Assembly: GCF_003334765.1 (NCBI RefSeq)
Contig: NZ_QOWT01000037.1
Source of the DNA: Escherichia coli
GTDB taxonomy: Bacteria; Pseudomonadota; Gammaproteobacteria; Enterobacterales; Enterobacteriaceae
Length of the DNA: 36,551 bases
Reading direction: 5' to 3' (one strand)
In this document: positions 19,349 to 32,411 of the stretch, piece after piece
Layout of the letters: each line of letters starts with the position of its first letter
Position numbering within the stretch: position 1 is the first letter of the stretch
Made by a program: the position numbers and the translations under genes
The notes under the pieces: generated by a model
Told to the model about the DNA's origin: nothing
Databases searched by the model: none
What the model saw: only the letters and a program-made list of their open reading frames with translations

Positions 19349-20533
19349 ATGGAACAGACCTGGCGCTGGTACGGCCCAAACGATCCGGTTTCTTTAGCTG
19401 ATGTCCGTCAGGCGGGCGCGACTGGCGTGGTTACCGCTTTGCACCATATCCCGAACGGTGAAGTATGGTCCGTAGAAGAGATCCTCAAACGCAAGGCTAT
19501 CGTTGAAGATGCAGGCCTGGTGTGGTCTGTCGTAGAAAGCGTGCCAATTCACGAAGATATCAAAACCCACACTGGCAACTATGAGCAGTGGATCGCTAAC
19601 TATCAGCAGACTCTGCGCAACCTGGCGCAGTGCGGTATTCGCACCGTGTGCTACAACTTCATGCCGGTGCTCGACTGGACCCGTACTGACCTCGAATACG
19701 TGCTGCCAGACGGCTCCAAAGCTCTGCGCTTCGACCAGATCGAATTCGCTGCATTCGAAATGCATATCCTGAAACGCCCAGGTGCGGAAGCGGATTACAC
19801 CGAAGAAGAAATTGCTCAGGCAGCTGAACGCTTCGCCACTATGAGCGACGAAGACAAAGCGCGTCTGACCCGTAACATCATTGCCGGTCTGCCGGGCGCG
19901 GAAGAAGGGTACACCCTCGACCAGTTCCGTAAGCACCTGGAGCTGTACAAAGATATCGACAAAGCCAAACTGCGCGAAAACTTTGCCGTCTTCCTGAAGG
20001 CGATTATTCCGGTTGCCGAAGAAGTTGGCGTGCGTATGGCTGTTCACCCGGACGATCCGCCGCGCCCAATCCTCGGCCTGCCGCGCATTGTTTCTACCAT
20101 TGAAGATATGCAGTGGATGGTTGATACCGTAAATAGCATGGCGAACGGTTTCACCATGTGCACCGGTTCCTACGGCGTGCGTGCTGACAACGATCTGGTT
20201 GATATGATCAAGCAGTTCGGTCCGCGTATTTACTTCACCCATCTGCGCTCCACCATGCGTGAAGATAACCCGAAAACCTTCCACGAAGCGGCGCACCTGA
20301 ACGGTGACGTTGATATGTACGAAGTGGTGAAAGCGATTGTTGAAGAAGAACACCGTCGTAAAGCGGAAGGCAAAGAAGACCTGATCCCGATGCGTCCGGA
20401 CCACGGTCATCAGATGCTGGACGACCTGAAGAAGAAAACCAACCCAGGTTACTCCGCAATTGGTCGTCTGAAAGGCCTGGCCGAAGTTCGCGGTGTCGAA
20501 CTGGCGATCCAGCGCGCTTTCTTTAGCCGTTAA
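19349..20533 (+). CDS. uxuA: D-mannonate dehydratase
   Basis: ORF 19313..20533; ATG at 19349 ([26 protein letters not shown]...) preceded by aagagga; 394 aa. Confidence 0.95.
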
Positions 20534-20613
20534 TATCCACCGGCATGGCTGCGCGCCGTGCCGGTTCCTTCTTCCTTGCCGTCACTCTCTGAAGACGGAT
20601 TCTGGAGTTTACG

Positions 20614-22074
20614 ATGACTACTATTGTTGACAGCAATCTGCCGGTTGCCCGCCCGTCATGGGATCATTCTCGTCTGGAATCACGCATTGTGCATCTCGGT
20701 TGTGGGGCGTTTCACCGTGCGCACCAGGCGCTGTACACCCATCATCTGCTGGAAAGCACCGACAGCGACTGGGGTATCTGCGAAGTTAACCTGATGCCAG
20801 GCAACGACCGCGTGCTGATCGAAAACCTGAAAAAACAGCAACTGCTGTACACCGTGGCGGAAAAAGGCGCGGAAAGCACCGAGCTGAAAATTATCGGTTC
20901 GATGAAAGAAGCGCTGCACCCGGAAATCGACGGCTGCGAAGGTATTCTCAACGCGATGGCGCGTCCGCAAACGGCGATTGTCTCTCTGACGGTCACGGAA
21001 AAAGGCTACTGCGCTGATGCGGCAAGCGGTCAACTGGATCTCAATAACCCGCTGATCAAGCACGATCTGGAAAACCCGACTGCGCCGAAGTCCGCGATTG
21101 GTTACATCGTCGAAGCCTTGCGTCTGCGTCGTGAAAAAGGGCTGAAAGCATTTACGGTGATGTCCTGCGATAACGTGCGTGAAAACGGTCATGTGGCGAA
21201 GGTCGCGGTACTGGGGCTGGCTCAGGCGCGTGACCCGCAGCTAGCGGCATGGATTGAAGAGAACGTCACCTTCCCGTGCACCATGGTTGACCGCATCGTT
21301 CCGGCGGCGACGCCAGAAACCTTACAGGAAATTGCTGACCAGCTGGGCGTTTACGACCCGTGCGCCATTGCCTGCGAACCGTTCCGTCAGTGGGTGATTG
21401 AAGATAATTTCGTTAATGGTCGCCCGGACTGGGATAAAGTGGGCGCACAGTTCGTTGCAGACGTTGTGCCGTTCGAAATGATGAAGCTGCGTATGCTGAA
21501 CGGTAGCCACTCTTTCCTGGCGTACCTCGGTTACCTCGGCGGCTATGAAACTATTGCCGACACCATGACTAACCCGGATTATCGCAAAGCGGCCTTTGCC
21601 CTGATGATGCAGGAACAAGCGCCAACGCTGTCGATGCCGGAAGGTACGGACCTGAACGCCTATGCGACGCTGCTGATCGAGCGTTTCAGCAACCCGTCTC
21701 TGCGTCACCGTACCTGGCAGATTGCGATGGACGGCAGCCAGAAGTTACCGCAGCGTCTGCTGGACCCGGTGCGTCTGCACCTGCAAAACGGCGGCAGCTG
21801 GCGTCACCTGGCGCTGGGCGTGGCTGGCTGGATGCGTTACACCCAGGGCGTGGATGAGCAGGGTAATGCCATTGACGTGGTCGACCCGATGCTGGCCGAG
21901 TTCCAGAAGATTAACGCGCAGTATCAGGGCGCAGACCGCGTGAAAGCGCTGCTAGGCCTGAGCGGTATTTTTGCCGATGATCTGCCGCAGAATGCCGACT
22001 TTGTTGGCGCGGTGACGGCGGCATATCAGCAGCTGTGCGAACGCGGTGCGCGCGAGTGTGTGGCTGCGCTGTAA
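20614..22074 (+). CDS. uxuB: D-mannonate oxidoreductase (fructuronate reductase)
   Basis: 486-aa ORF MTTIVDSNLPVARPSWDHSRLESRIVHLGCGAFHRAHQ... (mannitol dehydrogenase family). Confidence 0.95.
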   Translation: MTTIVDSNLPVARPSWDHSRLESRIVHLGCGAFHRAHQALYTHHLLESTDSDWGICEVNLMPGNDRVLIENLKKQQLLYTVAEKGAESTELKIIGSMKEALHPEIDGCEGILNAMARPQTAIVSLTVTEKGYCADAASGQLDLNNPLIKHDLENPTAPKSAIGYIVEALRLRREKGLKAFTVMSCDNVRENGHVAKVAVLGLAQARDPQLAAWIEENVTFPCTMVDRIVPAATPETLQEIADQLGVYDPCAIACEPFRQWVIEDNFVNGRPDWDKVGAQFVADVVPFEMMKLRMLNGSHSFLAYLGYLGGYETIADTMTNPDYRKAAFALMMQEQAPTLSMPEGTDLNAYATLLIERFSNPSLRHRTWQIAMDGSQKLPQRLLDPVRLHLQNGGSWRHLALGVAGWMRYTQGVDEQGNAIDVVDPMLAEFQKINAQYQGADRVKALLGLSGIFADDLPQNADFVGAVTAAYQQLCERGARECVAAL

Positions 22075-22216
22075 CTAACTGATTACCCTACAGACTTACT
22101 GGTCAATCAAACTGATATTTGGTTGACCAGTTTTCGTTTTTTTGCCCACCTGTACGTGCCAACTTCCAGTGCTAATGGTATAGTTTGAGATTAACAGGGG
22201 CCGTAAAATTGCCCGT

Positions 22217-22252
22217 TGTAGGCCGGATAAGGCGTTCACGCCGCATCCGGCA
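22217..22252. repeat. REP element
   Basis: tgtaggccggataaggcgttcacgccgcatccggca in the uxuB-uxuR intergenic region. Confidence 0.7.
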
Positions 22253-22288
22253 AAAATTTGATTAACCGCACCTAACGGACACAACACC

Positions 22289-23062
22289 ATGAAATCTGCC
22301 ACCTCTGCGCAAAGACCTTACCAGGAAGTCGGGGCGATGATCCGCGATCTGATCATAAAGACGCCGTACAATCCTGGCGAACGGCTGCCGCCGGAGCGTG
22401 AAATTGCAGAAATGCTTGATGTCACGCGGACGGTGGTACGTGAAGCGCTGATCATGCTGGAGATCAAAGGGCTGGTGGAAGTGCGCCGGGGTGCCGGTAT
22501 CTATGTTCTTGATAGCTCAGGCAGCCACAACACAGACAGTTCGGATGCCAACGTCTGTAATGATGCGGGTCCTTTTGAGCTGTTACAGGCGCGTCAGTTA
22601 CTGGAAAGTAACATCGCGGAATTTGCCGCTTTGCAGGCTACCCGCGAAGATATCGTCAAAATGCGTCAGGCATTGCAACTGGAAGAGCGTGAACTGGCTT
22701 CCAGCGCGCCGGGTAGCAGCGAAAGCGGTGATATGCAGTTCCATCTCGCCATTGCCGAAGCAACGCATAACAGCATGCTGGTGGAGTTATTCCGTCAGTC
22801 CTGGCAGTGGCGGGAAAACAATCCAATGTGGATCCAGTTGCACAGCCATCTGGATGACAGCCTGTATCGCAAAGAGTGGTTGGGCGATCACAAACAGATC
22901 CTCGCCGCGTTAATCAAAAAAGATGCCCGAGCGGCGAAGCTGGCAATGTGGCAGCATCTGGAAAACGTTAAGCAACGTCTGCTGGAATTCTCGAACGTTG
23001 ACGATATTTATTTTGACGGCTATCTGTTTGATTCATGGCCGCTGGATAAAGTCGACGTCTGA
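22289..23062 (+). CDS. uxuR: GntR-family repressor of the uxu regulon
   Basis: 257-aa ORF with an N-terminal GntR-type HTH (...ERLPPEREIAEMLDVTRTVVREALIMLEIKGLVEVRRGAGIYV...). Confidence 0.95.
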   Translation: MKSATSAQRPYQEVGAMIRDLIIKTPYNPGERLPPEREIAEMLDVTRTVVREALIMLEIKGLVEVRRGAGIYVLDSSGSHNTDSSDANVCNDAGPFELLQARQLLESNIAEFAALQATREDIVKMRQALQLEERELASSAPGSSESGDMQFHLAIAEATHNSMLVELFRQSWQWRENNPMWIQLHSHLDDSLYRKEWLGDHKQILAALIKKDARAAKLAMWQHLENVKQRLLEFSNVDDIYFDGYLFDSWPLDKVDV

Positions 23063-23075
23063 CTTATTATAATAA

Positions 23076-23106
23076 GCGCAAGGGTAAACGTTCCTTGCGC
23101 TTTCTT
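23076..23106 (+). terminator. rho-independent terminator downstream of uxuR
   Basis: GCGCAAGG-gtaaacgtt-CCTTGCGC stem-loop followed by TTTCTT. Confidence 0.65.
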
Positions 23107-23202
23107 AAATTAAGAAGTCGCAATGAGTATTGCTTTGTAAATTGCAGGGTATTGTTTAAATATCTGTATAACCTGAATATTAGTACTCATTCTTCTCAGT
23201 GG

Positions 23203-24033
23203 CTATTTACCAATATAATTCCATTCACCATTTTTTAATTCAAACAGTTCTGGAAGAGATGACGGTTGCAGAGTCATGCGTTTGAGTGGCGCATCTTCAT
23301 CACCGGGGATAACTTTATATCCCATTTTTGCATGGATCTCCGCGGTACCAGGATAGGCTTCTATACCAATGATTGGGTCATTTCCCATCTCAATATTAGC
23401 ATTAAGTAATGCGGCAAGGGCGAATCCGGAAGAATTTGCTACCCCTGAGACAGTTATTATCTGATCAATATAGATATCAATTCTTGGCTGCTCATTGGTC
23501 CATCTTTTTGCCTGAGAAACTGGAAGGGTTGAAATATATCCTATCGTGGTTCCGGCGTAACCTGGAACATTGCAACCAGGGCCTAATGTTATTTCATGAA
23601 CTGTATAGTCCTCAACAGGATCGAAAGGGCTCTTCATAAATAAATTTAGCCGTAAACCTTCTGCTAATTCTGTAGCAGCATGCGCCTTTTTACATATGCC
23701 ACCATATATTTCGTCTAAAGCTGAGGTGATTTTCAAGTTTCGATAGAGCATACGTCCTGTTGTTGTAATACCATCGGATTCTCTGCATGCTTCTGTCACA
23801 TAATTAAATGGCCAGGACTCTTCACTAATATCAATTTTTCTAATTTCGACAACGCTTTTTCCATCGTAATTATGGTTATTGCCACGAGCAAGAGGCAGAA
23901 GATAGATATTTTCCGTATCCAGGCGTGCACGTTCATATTTACGTGTTAACTCACTGTCGACTTTTGGATGATGAAGGAAGTGATTATCTGTAATAATTTG
24001 GCTCTGAAGGGTATTGCTTAATGGCATAGACAT
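23203..24033 (-). CDS. yjiC: uncharacterized protein YjiC
   Basis: 276-aa ORF MSMPLSNTLQSQIITDNHFLHHPK... in the conserved position between uxuR and iraD. Confidence 0.85.
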   Translation of the reverse strand: MSMPLSNTLQSQIITDNHFLHHPKVDSELTRKYERARLDTENIYLLPLARGNNHNYDGKSVVEIRKIDISEESWPFNYVTEACRESDGITTTGRMLYRNLKITSALDEIYGGICKKAHAATELAEGLRLNLFMKSPFDPVEDYTVHEITLGPGCNVPGYAGTTIGYISTLPVSQAKRWTNEQPRIDIYIDQIITVSGVANSSGFALAALLNANIEMGNDPIIGIEAYPGTAEIHAKMGYKVIPGDEDAPLKRMTLQPSSLPELFELKNGEWNYIGK

Positions 24034-24705
24034 AATAGTTACCTTTTATGAGTATTTCACTGATGTTTAGAAAAATAGATAAATTTTTCTGTAGTAAAAT
24101 GAGAAGTAAACAAATGACATGCATGTTTCTGTTGTAGTGATATCAACTCTACACGGTGATATTAAAGGGTAGGAAACACTCTAAAGTATCAAAAAACGCT
24201 CATTTGAAATTATTTTCATGCAATTTAAAAGCATATCTTATTACTAATTGGAATTTGATGTTGCTATATTGATGTCTATATTAATAATGCCTGTGAATGG
24301 TATTTTTGATGTATTTGATATGTTATCAATTTATATTATTTACAAACTAATTGTTTCAAATAATACATGGCTGATTATGCGGAAATAAATAATTTCACAC
24401 CGGAATTAAGTAGCGGTGGTGACAAGTATTTTCATCTACGTAACTATTCGGAATATTCAGAATATACTAGCGGTTTTTTTTTGAGTTTGATGATTTTTAT
24501 CAAATCATGACTTTTTTCCTGAAAAGTCAGTAGATATTCATAGGCAAGTAAGGTTTTATACTTTGCTGACAGGATTCAGGCCTGTCTCAGACTGACATGG
24601 ATGTAATGAACAAAAGGGAATGGCTATGGAAAATGAGCATCAATACAGTGGTGCCCGGTGTTCAGGGCAAGCCGCATATGTTGCTAAACGTCAGGAGTGC
24701 GCAAA

Positions 24706-25098
24706 ATGATGCGCCAATCACGTCAGGCTGTTTTACCTGAAATTTCAGGCAATAAAACGTCATCGCTGCGTAAATCAATATGTAGCGATCTCCTCACTCT
24801 TTTTAATTCTCCTCATTCGGCATTACCGTCATTACTTGTTTCAGGCATGCCCGAGTGGCAAGTGCATAACCAGAGCGACAAACATCTCCAGAGCTGGTAT
24901 TGCCGTCAGCTGCGTTCTGCACTGTTATTTCATGAGCCACGGATTGCGGCGTTGCAGGTCAATCTGAAAGAAGCGTACAGCCACACGCTGGCGATCAGCC
25001 TTGAGATAATGCTGTACCACGACGATGAACCGCTAACGTTTGATCTGGTCTGGGATAATGGCGGTTGGCGTAGTGCGACGCTCGAGAATGTCAGCTAA
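24706..25098 (+). CDS. iraD: anti-adaptor protein IraD (inhibits RssB-mediated RpoS degradation)
   Basis: ORF 24697..25098; ATG at 24706 gives [24 protein letters not shown]... (130 aa); the 3' end overlaps convergent hypT by 8 bp. Confidence 0.85.
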   Translation: MMRQSRQAVLPEISGNKTSSLRKSICSDLLTLFNSPHSALPSLLVSGMPEWQVHNQSDKHLQSWYCRQLRSALLFHEPRIAALQVNLKEAYSHTLAISLEIMLYHDDEPLTFDLVWDNGGWRSATLENVS

Positions 25099-26002
25099 GT
25101 ACAATCTCCAGCTCGCGCAGTTCACGCCAGAAGCGTTCGGCAACTGGATTCATGCGGGTATTCATTCGGTATGCATAGGCCTGAATCGGGATCACCAGTT
25201 CGTCCCGATTCAGTACAACGAGCTGCCCGCTGCGAATTTCTTGTTGGATGGCGTACTCCGGCAGCCAGGCAATCCCACAGCCGTCGAGGGCAACCTGCTT
25301 TAAAAGCTCGCTCATCGAAGAGACAAAAAAGGTGCTGAAACTTAACTCACTGTGGCGCGTCAGGGTGCGATTAATCAATCGCCCCATGTAGGAGTTGCGG
25401 CTGTAATTCAGTAACGGAAAGTGTGGCTGCGCGAGGTTAAAAAGTGCTTCTCCGTGTTCGTCACTGGCGCAGACAGGGAACAATTGAGATTCAAATAAGC
25501 GAATGTGGTCAAACGGCGCTTCCAGCAAATCTTCGTCGTGAAAGGAAAAAATACAGTCACTTTGCCCTTCACGCAGTTTATCGACCGCTTCATCGACATC
25601 AATAGCTTCAATTGCCCAGGTAAAGAGCGGCGGCATCTGGCTGATAATGGACGGTAACAGCCCGAGGGAAAGAGAGTGTGCAGCGGCTATTTTAATTTTG
25701 CGTTGCGCGTAATCGCTGCCACCACGGAGTTCTGCAAGGTTGCTCTCTAACTGTTGCAACAGATGGCGGATCTGCGAATGGAATATTTTACCTTGTTCCG
25801 AGAGTTGCAGCGGCGTCACCTGGCGGTTAAACAATTCAACGCCAATCGCCTGTTCCAGCGCACGGATGCGGCGGCTGAATGCCGGTTGCGAGACGTTGCG
25901 ACTGACTGCTGCCTGGGAAAAATTGCGGCATTTTTCCAGGGTCAGAAAATCATAAAGCCATTTAGTTTCAATATTATGCAAAACCGCACCACAGTCATCC
26001 AT
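25091..26002 (-). CDS. hypT: LysR-type transcriptional regulator (hypochlorite-responsive HypT/YjiE)
   Basis: 303-aa ORF with an N-terminal LysR HTH (...[41 protein letters not shown]...). Confidence 0.9.
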   Translation of the reverse strand: MDDCGAVLHNIETKWLYDFLTLEKCRNFSQAAVSRNVSQPAFSRRIRALEQAIGVELFNRQVTPLQLSEQGKIFHSQIRHLLQQLESNLAELRGGSDYAQRKIKIAAAHSLSLGLLPSIISQMPPLFTWAIEAIDVDEAVDKLREGQSDCIFSFHDEDLLEAPFDHIRLFESQLFPVCASDEHGEALFNLAQPHFPLLNYSRNSYMGRLINRTLTRHSELSFSTFFVSSMSELLKQVALDGCGIAWLPEYAIQQEIRSGQLVVLNRDELVIPIQAYAYRMNTRMNPVAERFWRELRELEIVLS

Positions 26003-26066
26003 TACGTTTTACTCTGTCAGCCGCCCTTGCGGGCATTCTACGTCCATTCGGGCGGCTGACAACCGT

Positions 26067-27239
26067 TTATGCCGTTTCAAACGTTCCTTTCACGCAGGCT
26101 TTGCCGTCTTTGACCATCAGCTTGCCGCGAGCGTATACCTGCTCAATGCGTAATTCTGGCGTCATGACCAGTAAGTCTGCGTCATTGCCTGGCAGAATTT
26201 CGCCTTTCCCGCTCAGGTTAAGGAAACCGGCTACGCTACTGGTGAGCGGGCGCAGGGCATCGCTGATACTGAAATCATAATCTTTGACCAGCACCTGCAC
26301 GGTTTCCAGCAACGTTTCAAAACCGGCAACACCGATATGGGTTAAATTCCCTTCGTCATCGAAGAACGGCTGGCTACCGTTGCCGTCGGAGCTGAGGGTG
26401 ACGCGTGCCAGCGGAATACCCGCCTGAACGGCGCGGGCAATACCTTCGGCAGGGGCGACTGGTTCGTCAATGCTGCTGGTGATATCGATGGTGCCGCCTT
26501 TGCGCGCGAACTCCAGCGCCTGCTCAAACAACGGAACGTTGCGGTTAACGTGGGTCGGCAGCAACTTGCTAATCGGCACATCGCAGTTTTCCAGCAGGTC
26601 ATAGACAGGCTGTAACGCCTTTTTGCTGTCGCCCATGTGGAACACGGTGACGCCAGGTTTACCGCCGAGCAAACCGCCAACGCGGGATTCCGCCGCCATA
26701 TTAGCCAGGTGATAAACGTCCGGTGCGGCAGAACGGTGATCAGAGATGGCGCATTTCACGCCAATCACGCGATCGATAATCGCCACGTCTTTTTCCACGG
26801 AACCCGTAATAGTGCGGGAAGGGACATGATAAGCGCCGGTCAGCATCCAGGCGCTGATGCCTTCTTCATTGAGCGCACGGGTCTTGGCGAGCAGGGATTC
26901 CGGGTGGCGAGAGATAGAGTCGGTGCCCAGCAGACCAACCACTGACGTGACGCCTGCTTCCGTCAGACGACTTAACGCCACTTCCGGCGTGCGCGTCGTG
27001 GGACCTGCTTCGCCGCCACCGCCAATCAAATGGACGTGTTGATCAATAAAACCTGGGCAGAGGATCTGCCCGCTGAGATCGACAACCGTGCAGTCCGGTA
27101 CAATGTCAGAAGGGATATTACTGGCAACGGCGATAATTTTGCCGTTAGCGACGAGGACATCGCAAATTCCCCGATCTTCCGGCGCATACAAATGCGCTCC
27201 CTGCAGCAGGGTAAAACCGGCTGCGGTATAATCAATCAT
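26067..27239 (-). CDS. iadA: isoaspartyl dipeptidase
   Basis: 390-aa ORF MIDYTAAGFTLLQGAHLYAPEDRG... with amidohydrolase motifs (…FIDQHVHLIGGGGEAG…). Confidence 0.95.
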   Translation of the reverse strand: MIDYTAAGFTLLQGAHLYAPEDRGICDVLVANGKIIAVASNIPSDIVPDCTVVDLSGQILCPGFIDQHVHLIGGGGEAGPTTRTPEVALSRLTEAGVTSVVGLLGTDSISRHPESLLAKTRALNEEGISAWMLTGAYHVPSRTITGSVEKDVAIIDRVIGVKCAISDHRSAAPDVYHLANMAAESRVGGLLGGKPGVTVFHMGDSKKALQPVYDLLENCDVPISKLLPTHVNRNVPLFEQALEFARKGGTIDITSSIDEPVAPAEGIARAVQAGIPLARVTLSSDGNGSQPFFDDEGNLTHIGVAGFETLLETVQVLVKDYDFSISDALRPLTSSVAGFLNLSGKGEILPGNDADLLVMTPELRIEQVYARGKLMVKDGKACVKGTFETA

Positions 27240-27251
27240 GGTAACTCCTTG

Positions 27252-27713
27252 TTAAACAATAAGCTGCATAACCCAGATCGACAGCAATGCGTTAATCACG
27301 CAGACCGTAATGATATGCGGGTAATATTTGGCATTCACTTCGGCTGTCCCCAGGCAGCGACCGACATTTTGCACCGGGTTGCCCATTAAATACATCGCGG
27401 GCAGTAAAACGGTGACATCGTGACCGGTTAATGCGCCAGCGGTTGCCAGACTGGCGGCAACACCGACTGCGCCACCCATACTCATTAATGCGGCTAAAAG
27501 GACGGTTGCCGCTTCACCGGGTAATCCCCACAGCGCCATTACGGGTTCACAGATATGCCCCACCCAGTCGAGCAGGCCGGTAATTTTCAGCGCCTGAATG
27601 ATGACAAACGCCATCACCACGTTTGGCAGCAGGTTGGTCGTGGCGATAGTAAAGCCACGGCGCGCACCATCGATAAACATATCCATGACGTTTTTGCGGA
27701 CCTGAGTTGTCAT
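27252..27713 (-). CDS. yjiG: inner-membrane protein YjiG (SpmB-like)
   Basis: 153-aa hydrophobic ORF; its stop lies 12 bp before the iadA start; overlaps the yjiH stop by 4 bp. Confidence 0.9.
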   Translation of the reverse strand: MTTQVRKNVMDMFIDGARRGFTIATTNLLPNVVMAFVIIQALKITGLLDWVGHICEPVMALWGLPGEAATVLLAALMSMGGAVGVAASLATAGALTGHDVTVLLPAMYLMGNPVQNVGRCLGTAEVNAKYYPHIITVCVINALLSIWVMQLIV

Positions 27714-28393
27714 GCTTGCGCTCCTTGCGTTGGGTTGCGACGTTCTTCGAAGTTAAGCCAGACGCGCAAAATGTTGGCTCCGACAAATTTAAACACCAGG
27801 ATGACTGCTAAAGGTACGATTACGGACGTGCCCAGAAAGGCAAACACCGCGACGCCGGAAGAGAAGTAGTTGGTGATAATGGCGCTACCGCTGGTTTGAT
27901 ATGCGGCGAAAATCACTTTATCGCGTTCGGTAATTTCACCTTCCTGCGCCAGCTCTTTGGTCATACCTGCGGCGGCATCGGTGTTTTGCAGGTTAGCGAT
28001 CAGCGCCAGCGAGCAGATCCCTGGAATGCCCAACAACGGTTTTAGCACTGGCGTCATTAACTGCTGCGCGGCGCGTAATCCGCCAAGACCATCGGTAATT
28101 GAAATAATCCCCAGAGAGAGAATGACTGACGGTGCCAGCTCCAGCGCAAAGAGAAAGCCATCTTTAGCCCCCGCGCCACCCGCGCCGCGAAACGAGGTGG
28201 TGGCTCCGTTCGCACCAGGCAGTTGCCCAAACGATCCGTTCAGAACGGAAAAATCAAAAACGCGCCACCAACTGTCTGTCCCGGAAAAAACACCGGAAAA
28301 AAAGATTATGGTGAGAAAAAAAGCCAGATACCCTTTAATGCCCACTTTTTCTGTCGCCAGCTCCCCGGCTACAGCATCCCCTTGTTGTGTCAT
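27710..28393 (-). CDS. yjiH: inner-membrane protein YjiH (nucleoside-recognition/SpmA-like)
   Basis: ORF 27710..28405; ATG at 28393 (MTQQGDAVAGELATEKVG...) chosen for about 227 aa. Confidence 0.85.
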   Translation of the reverse strand: MTQQGDAVAGELATEKVGIKGYLAFFLTIIFFSGVFSGTDSWWRVFDFSVLNGSFGQLPGANGATTSFRGAGGAGAKDGFLFALELAPSVILSLGIISITDGLGGLRAAQQLMTPVLKPLLGIPGICSLALIANLQNTDAAAGMTKELAQEGEITERDKVIFAAYQTSGSAIITNYFSSGVAVFAFLGTSVIVPLAVILVFKFVGANILRVWLNFEERRNPTQGAQA

Positions 28394-28642
28394 AACAATC
28401 CCCATTGTTTTTTTGTGTTTGTGTGTTGCTTGAGCCAGGAAAATTCCTGGAGCTGAAAAACCTTATCAGCCATGTGGGTATGGGGAAAATGCAAGTATGT
28501 TTCTGACTATGCGTTTTTTGCATAGCGGTAAAATTACGCTGTGTGGAAAAGGTTCTACGCAGGATTGAGTTGCAGAAAATTCATAAACCCAGTGACAATG
28601 ACATAGTAAATAAAAAACAGATAATCCAGGGACGAAAACGCG

Positions 28643-29197
28643 ATGGCAAAGTACAACGAAAAAGAGCTGGCGGATACGAGCAAGTTTTTAAGTTTTGTCC
28701 TCCGACACAAACCGGAGGCGATTGGTATCGTACTGGACCGTGAAGGATGGGCGGATATCGATAAGCTCATACTTTGTGCCCAAAAAGCGGGCAAGCGGTT
28801 AACCCGTGCATTGCTGGATACTGTGGTTGCCACCAGCGATAAAAAGCGTTTTAGTTATTCCAGTGATGGTAGGTGCATCCGCGCGGTTCAGGGGCATTCG
28901 ACTTCGCAGGTCGCTATTTCCTTTGCCGAAAAAACACCGCCACAGTTTCTCTACCACGGTACGGCAAGCCGTTTCCTTGACGAGATAAAAAAACAGGGGC
29001 TGATTGCAGGTGAGCGTCACTACGTACATCTCTCTGCTGATGAAGCAACGGCACGCAAAGTGGGAGCAAGACACGGATCGCCGGTTATTTTAACCGTCAA
29101 AGCACAGGAAATGGCGAAACGAGGCCTCCCTTTCTGGCAAGCGGAAAACGGGGTCTGGCTGACATCAACGGTTGCGGTTGAGTTTCTTGAGTGGTAA
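28643..29197 (+). CDS. kptA: RNA 2'-phosphotransferase (Tpt1/KptA)
   Basis: 184-aa [45 protein letters not shown]... Confidence 0.95.
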   Translation: MAKYNEKELADTSKFLSFVLRHKPEAIGIVLDREGWADIDKLILCAQKAGKRLTRALLDTVVATSDKKRFSYSSDGRCIRAVQGHSTSQVAISFAEKTPPQFLYHGTASRFLDEIKKQGLIAGERHYVHLSADEATARKVGARHGSPVILTVKAQEMAKRGLPFWQAENGVWLTSTVAVEFLEW

Positions 29198-29209
29198 GGG
29201 AAACTTCCC

Positions 29210-30388
29210 TCATGAAGTGACCACTTGTAGCTTAAATAATTGCACTGTGCTGATAAGCGCAGCAATAAACAACGCCGCCGCGCCGCAGAGAGTGGCGCTG
29301 GCAAGCGCCGATGTTCCATTGCCGAGCATACTGGTCAGCGCCGGGCCGAGGATTTGCCCAATGCCGTAAATGAGCGTCACAAAGCCTAAAAGATTGAGAT
29401 TTCCCGGTACGCTCAGTTGGCGGGCGATAGTCATCACCAGAGATGTCGTGCCCATAAAGGTACCGCCAAAACCAAGACTGCTGATGATAAGCAAGAGAGG
29501 CGAGTCGCTGGCGAGAGTAAGCAGCACACAGATAGCCTGCACCAGCAAATTCGCCGTCAGGCAGGGCAAAGCCCCCCAACGTTTTGCTGCCCATAGCCAG
29601 CCAAAGCAACCAGGCACAATTGATAAGCCGACTAACGTCCAGAGATGGGCGGTTAACAATGGTGAGCCTGCATCTTTCGCCATGAGCGGCAGGTAAGTCG
29701 CGACGATGATATAACCAAATCCCGCCAGGCCGTACAGAATAGCCAGTAACCACCAGCTCATTATCTGTTGCTCCGTTTTTGCCAATGGCATTGGTGTGAT
29801 GGCGTGTTTTTTCGAGGGCATTAAAAGCGTAAGTGCAATCAGCATCATGCCAGAAAGCGCCCCGGCGCCTTGCCATAACGTTTGCGAGGAGAGGTCAAAA
29901 TGCAGGCCTGCCAGAACATATTCATTGCCCAGTGCGATGCCAATGCCAACGCCAGAAAACAAAGCTGCCAGCACAAAAGGATGGCGCGTGTGCTGCATAA
30001 TCAGCGTCGAACCAAAAATCAGCATACCGGCGCTGGCGACACCCGCCAGGACGCGAATCAATAACACCAGAATAAATGGCGGCAACCATGCCATTGCGAG
30101 GATCAACAACCCGCTCGCCAGGGCAGAAGCCAACAGAAATGGGCGCAGGCGCGATGGCTGGTGAAATGCGCCAAAAGAAAATAGCAGACTGCCAGCCAGA
30201 TACCCCGCATAGTTGCCGCTGGCAATCCACGAGAGCTGGCTAAATGAAAACGATCCTTCCGCCATCATGACGGGCAACATAGGCGTATAAAGGAAGCGGC
30301 CTAAACCCATACCTAAGGTCAGAACCAGCATCCCGAAAAGCGCGGTGCTGAAAGAAAAGCGTTCTACGGGATGCGTGGACGAAGGCAT
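29210..30388 (-). CDS. yjiJ: MFS-type transporter YjiJ
   Basis: 392-aa polytopic membrane ORF, convergent with kptA. Confidence 0.9.
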   Translation of the reverse strand: MPSSTHPVERFSFSTALFGMLVLTLGMGLGRFLYTPMLPVMMAEGSFSFSQLSWIASGNYAGYLAGSLLFSFGAFHQPSRLRPFLLASALASGLLILAMAWLPPFILVLLIRVLAGVASAGMLIFGSTLIMQHTRHPFVLAALFSGVGIGIALGNEYVLAGLHFDLSSQTLWQGAGALSGMMLIALTLLMPSKKHAITPMPLAKTEQQIMSWWLLAILYGLAGFGYIIVATYLPLMAKDAGSPLLTAHLWTLVGLSIVPGCFGWLWAAKRWGALPCLTANLLVQAICVLLTLASDSPLLLIISSLGFGGTFMGTTSLVMTIARQLSVPGNLNLLGFVTLIYGIGQILGPALTSMLGNGTSALASATLCGAAALFIAALISTVQLFKLQVVTS

Positions 30389-30455
30389 GTTTAACCTTGT
30401 TTGTCATTTTTGTTGTTAACAAGTTAATAACAAAAAGGTGAAGCATGCCAGCCTG

Positions 30456-32408
<1,953 letters not shown>

Positions 32409-32411
32409 TCC

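Noticed and set aside
19394-20410. 338-aa antisense ORF inside uxuA
   Set aside because: Fully embedded opposite the well-supported uxuA gene; Arg/Val/Phe-rich translation typical of antisense frames in GC-rich coding DNA.
26003-26066. Long inverted repeat gtcagccgccc...gggcggctgac between hypT and iadA as a terminator
   Set aside because: Large loop and no U-tract on either strand; could be a REP-like or regulatory palindrome, but evidence is insufficient to call a terminator.
29232-29876. Antisense/alternative-frame ORFs inside yjiJ (and likewise 34183..34911 inside yjiN, 20680..21192 inside uxuB, 18008..18385 inside gntP)
   Set aside because: Embedded within longer, better-supported genes, with no independent signals; treated as frame artefacts.
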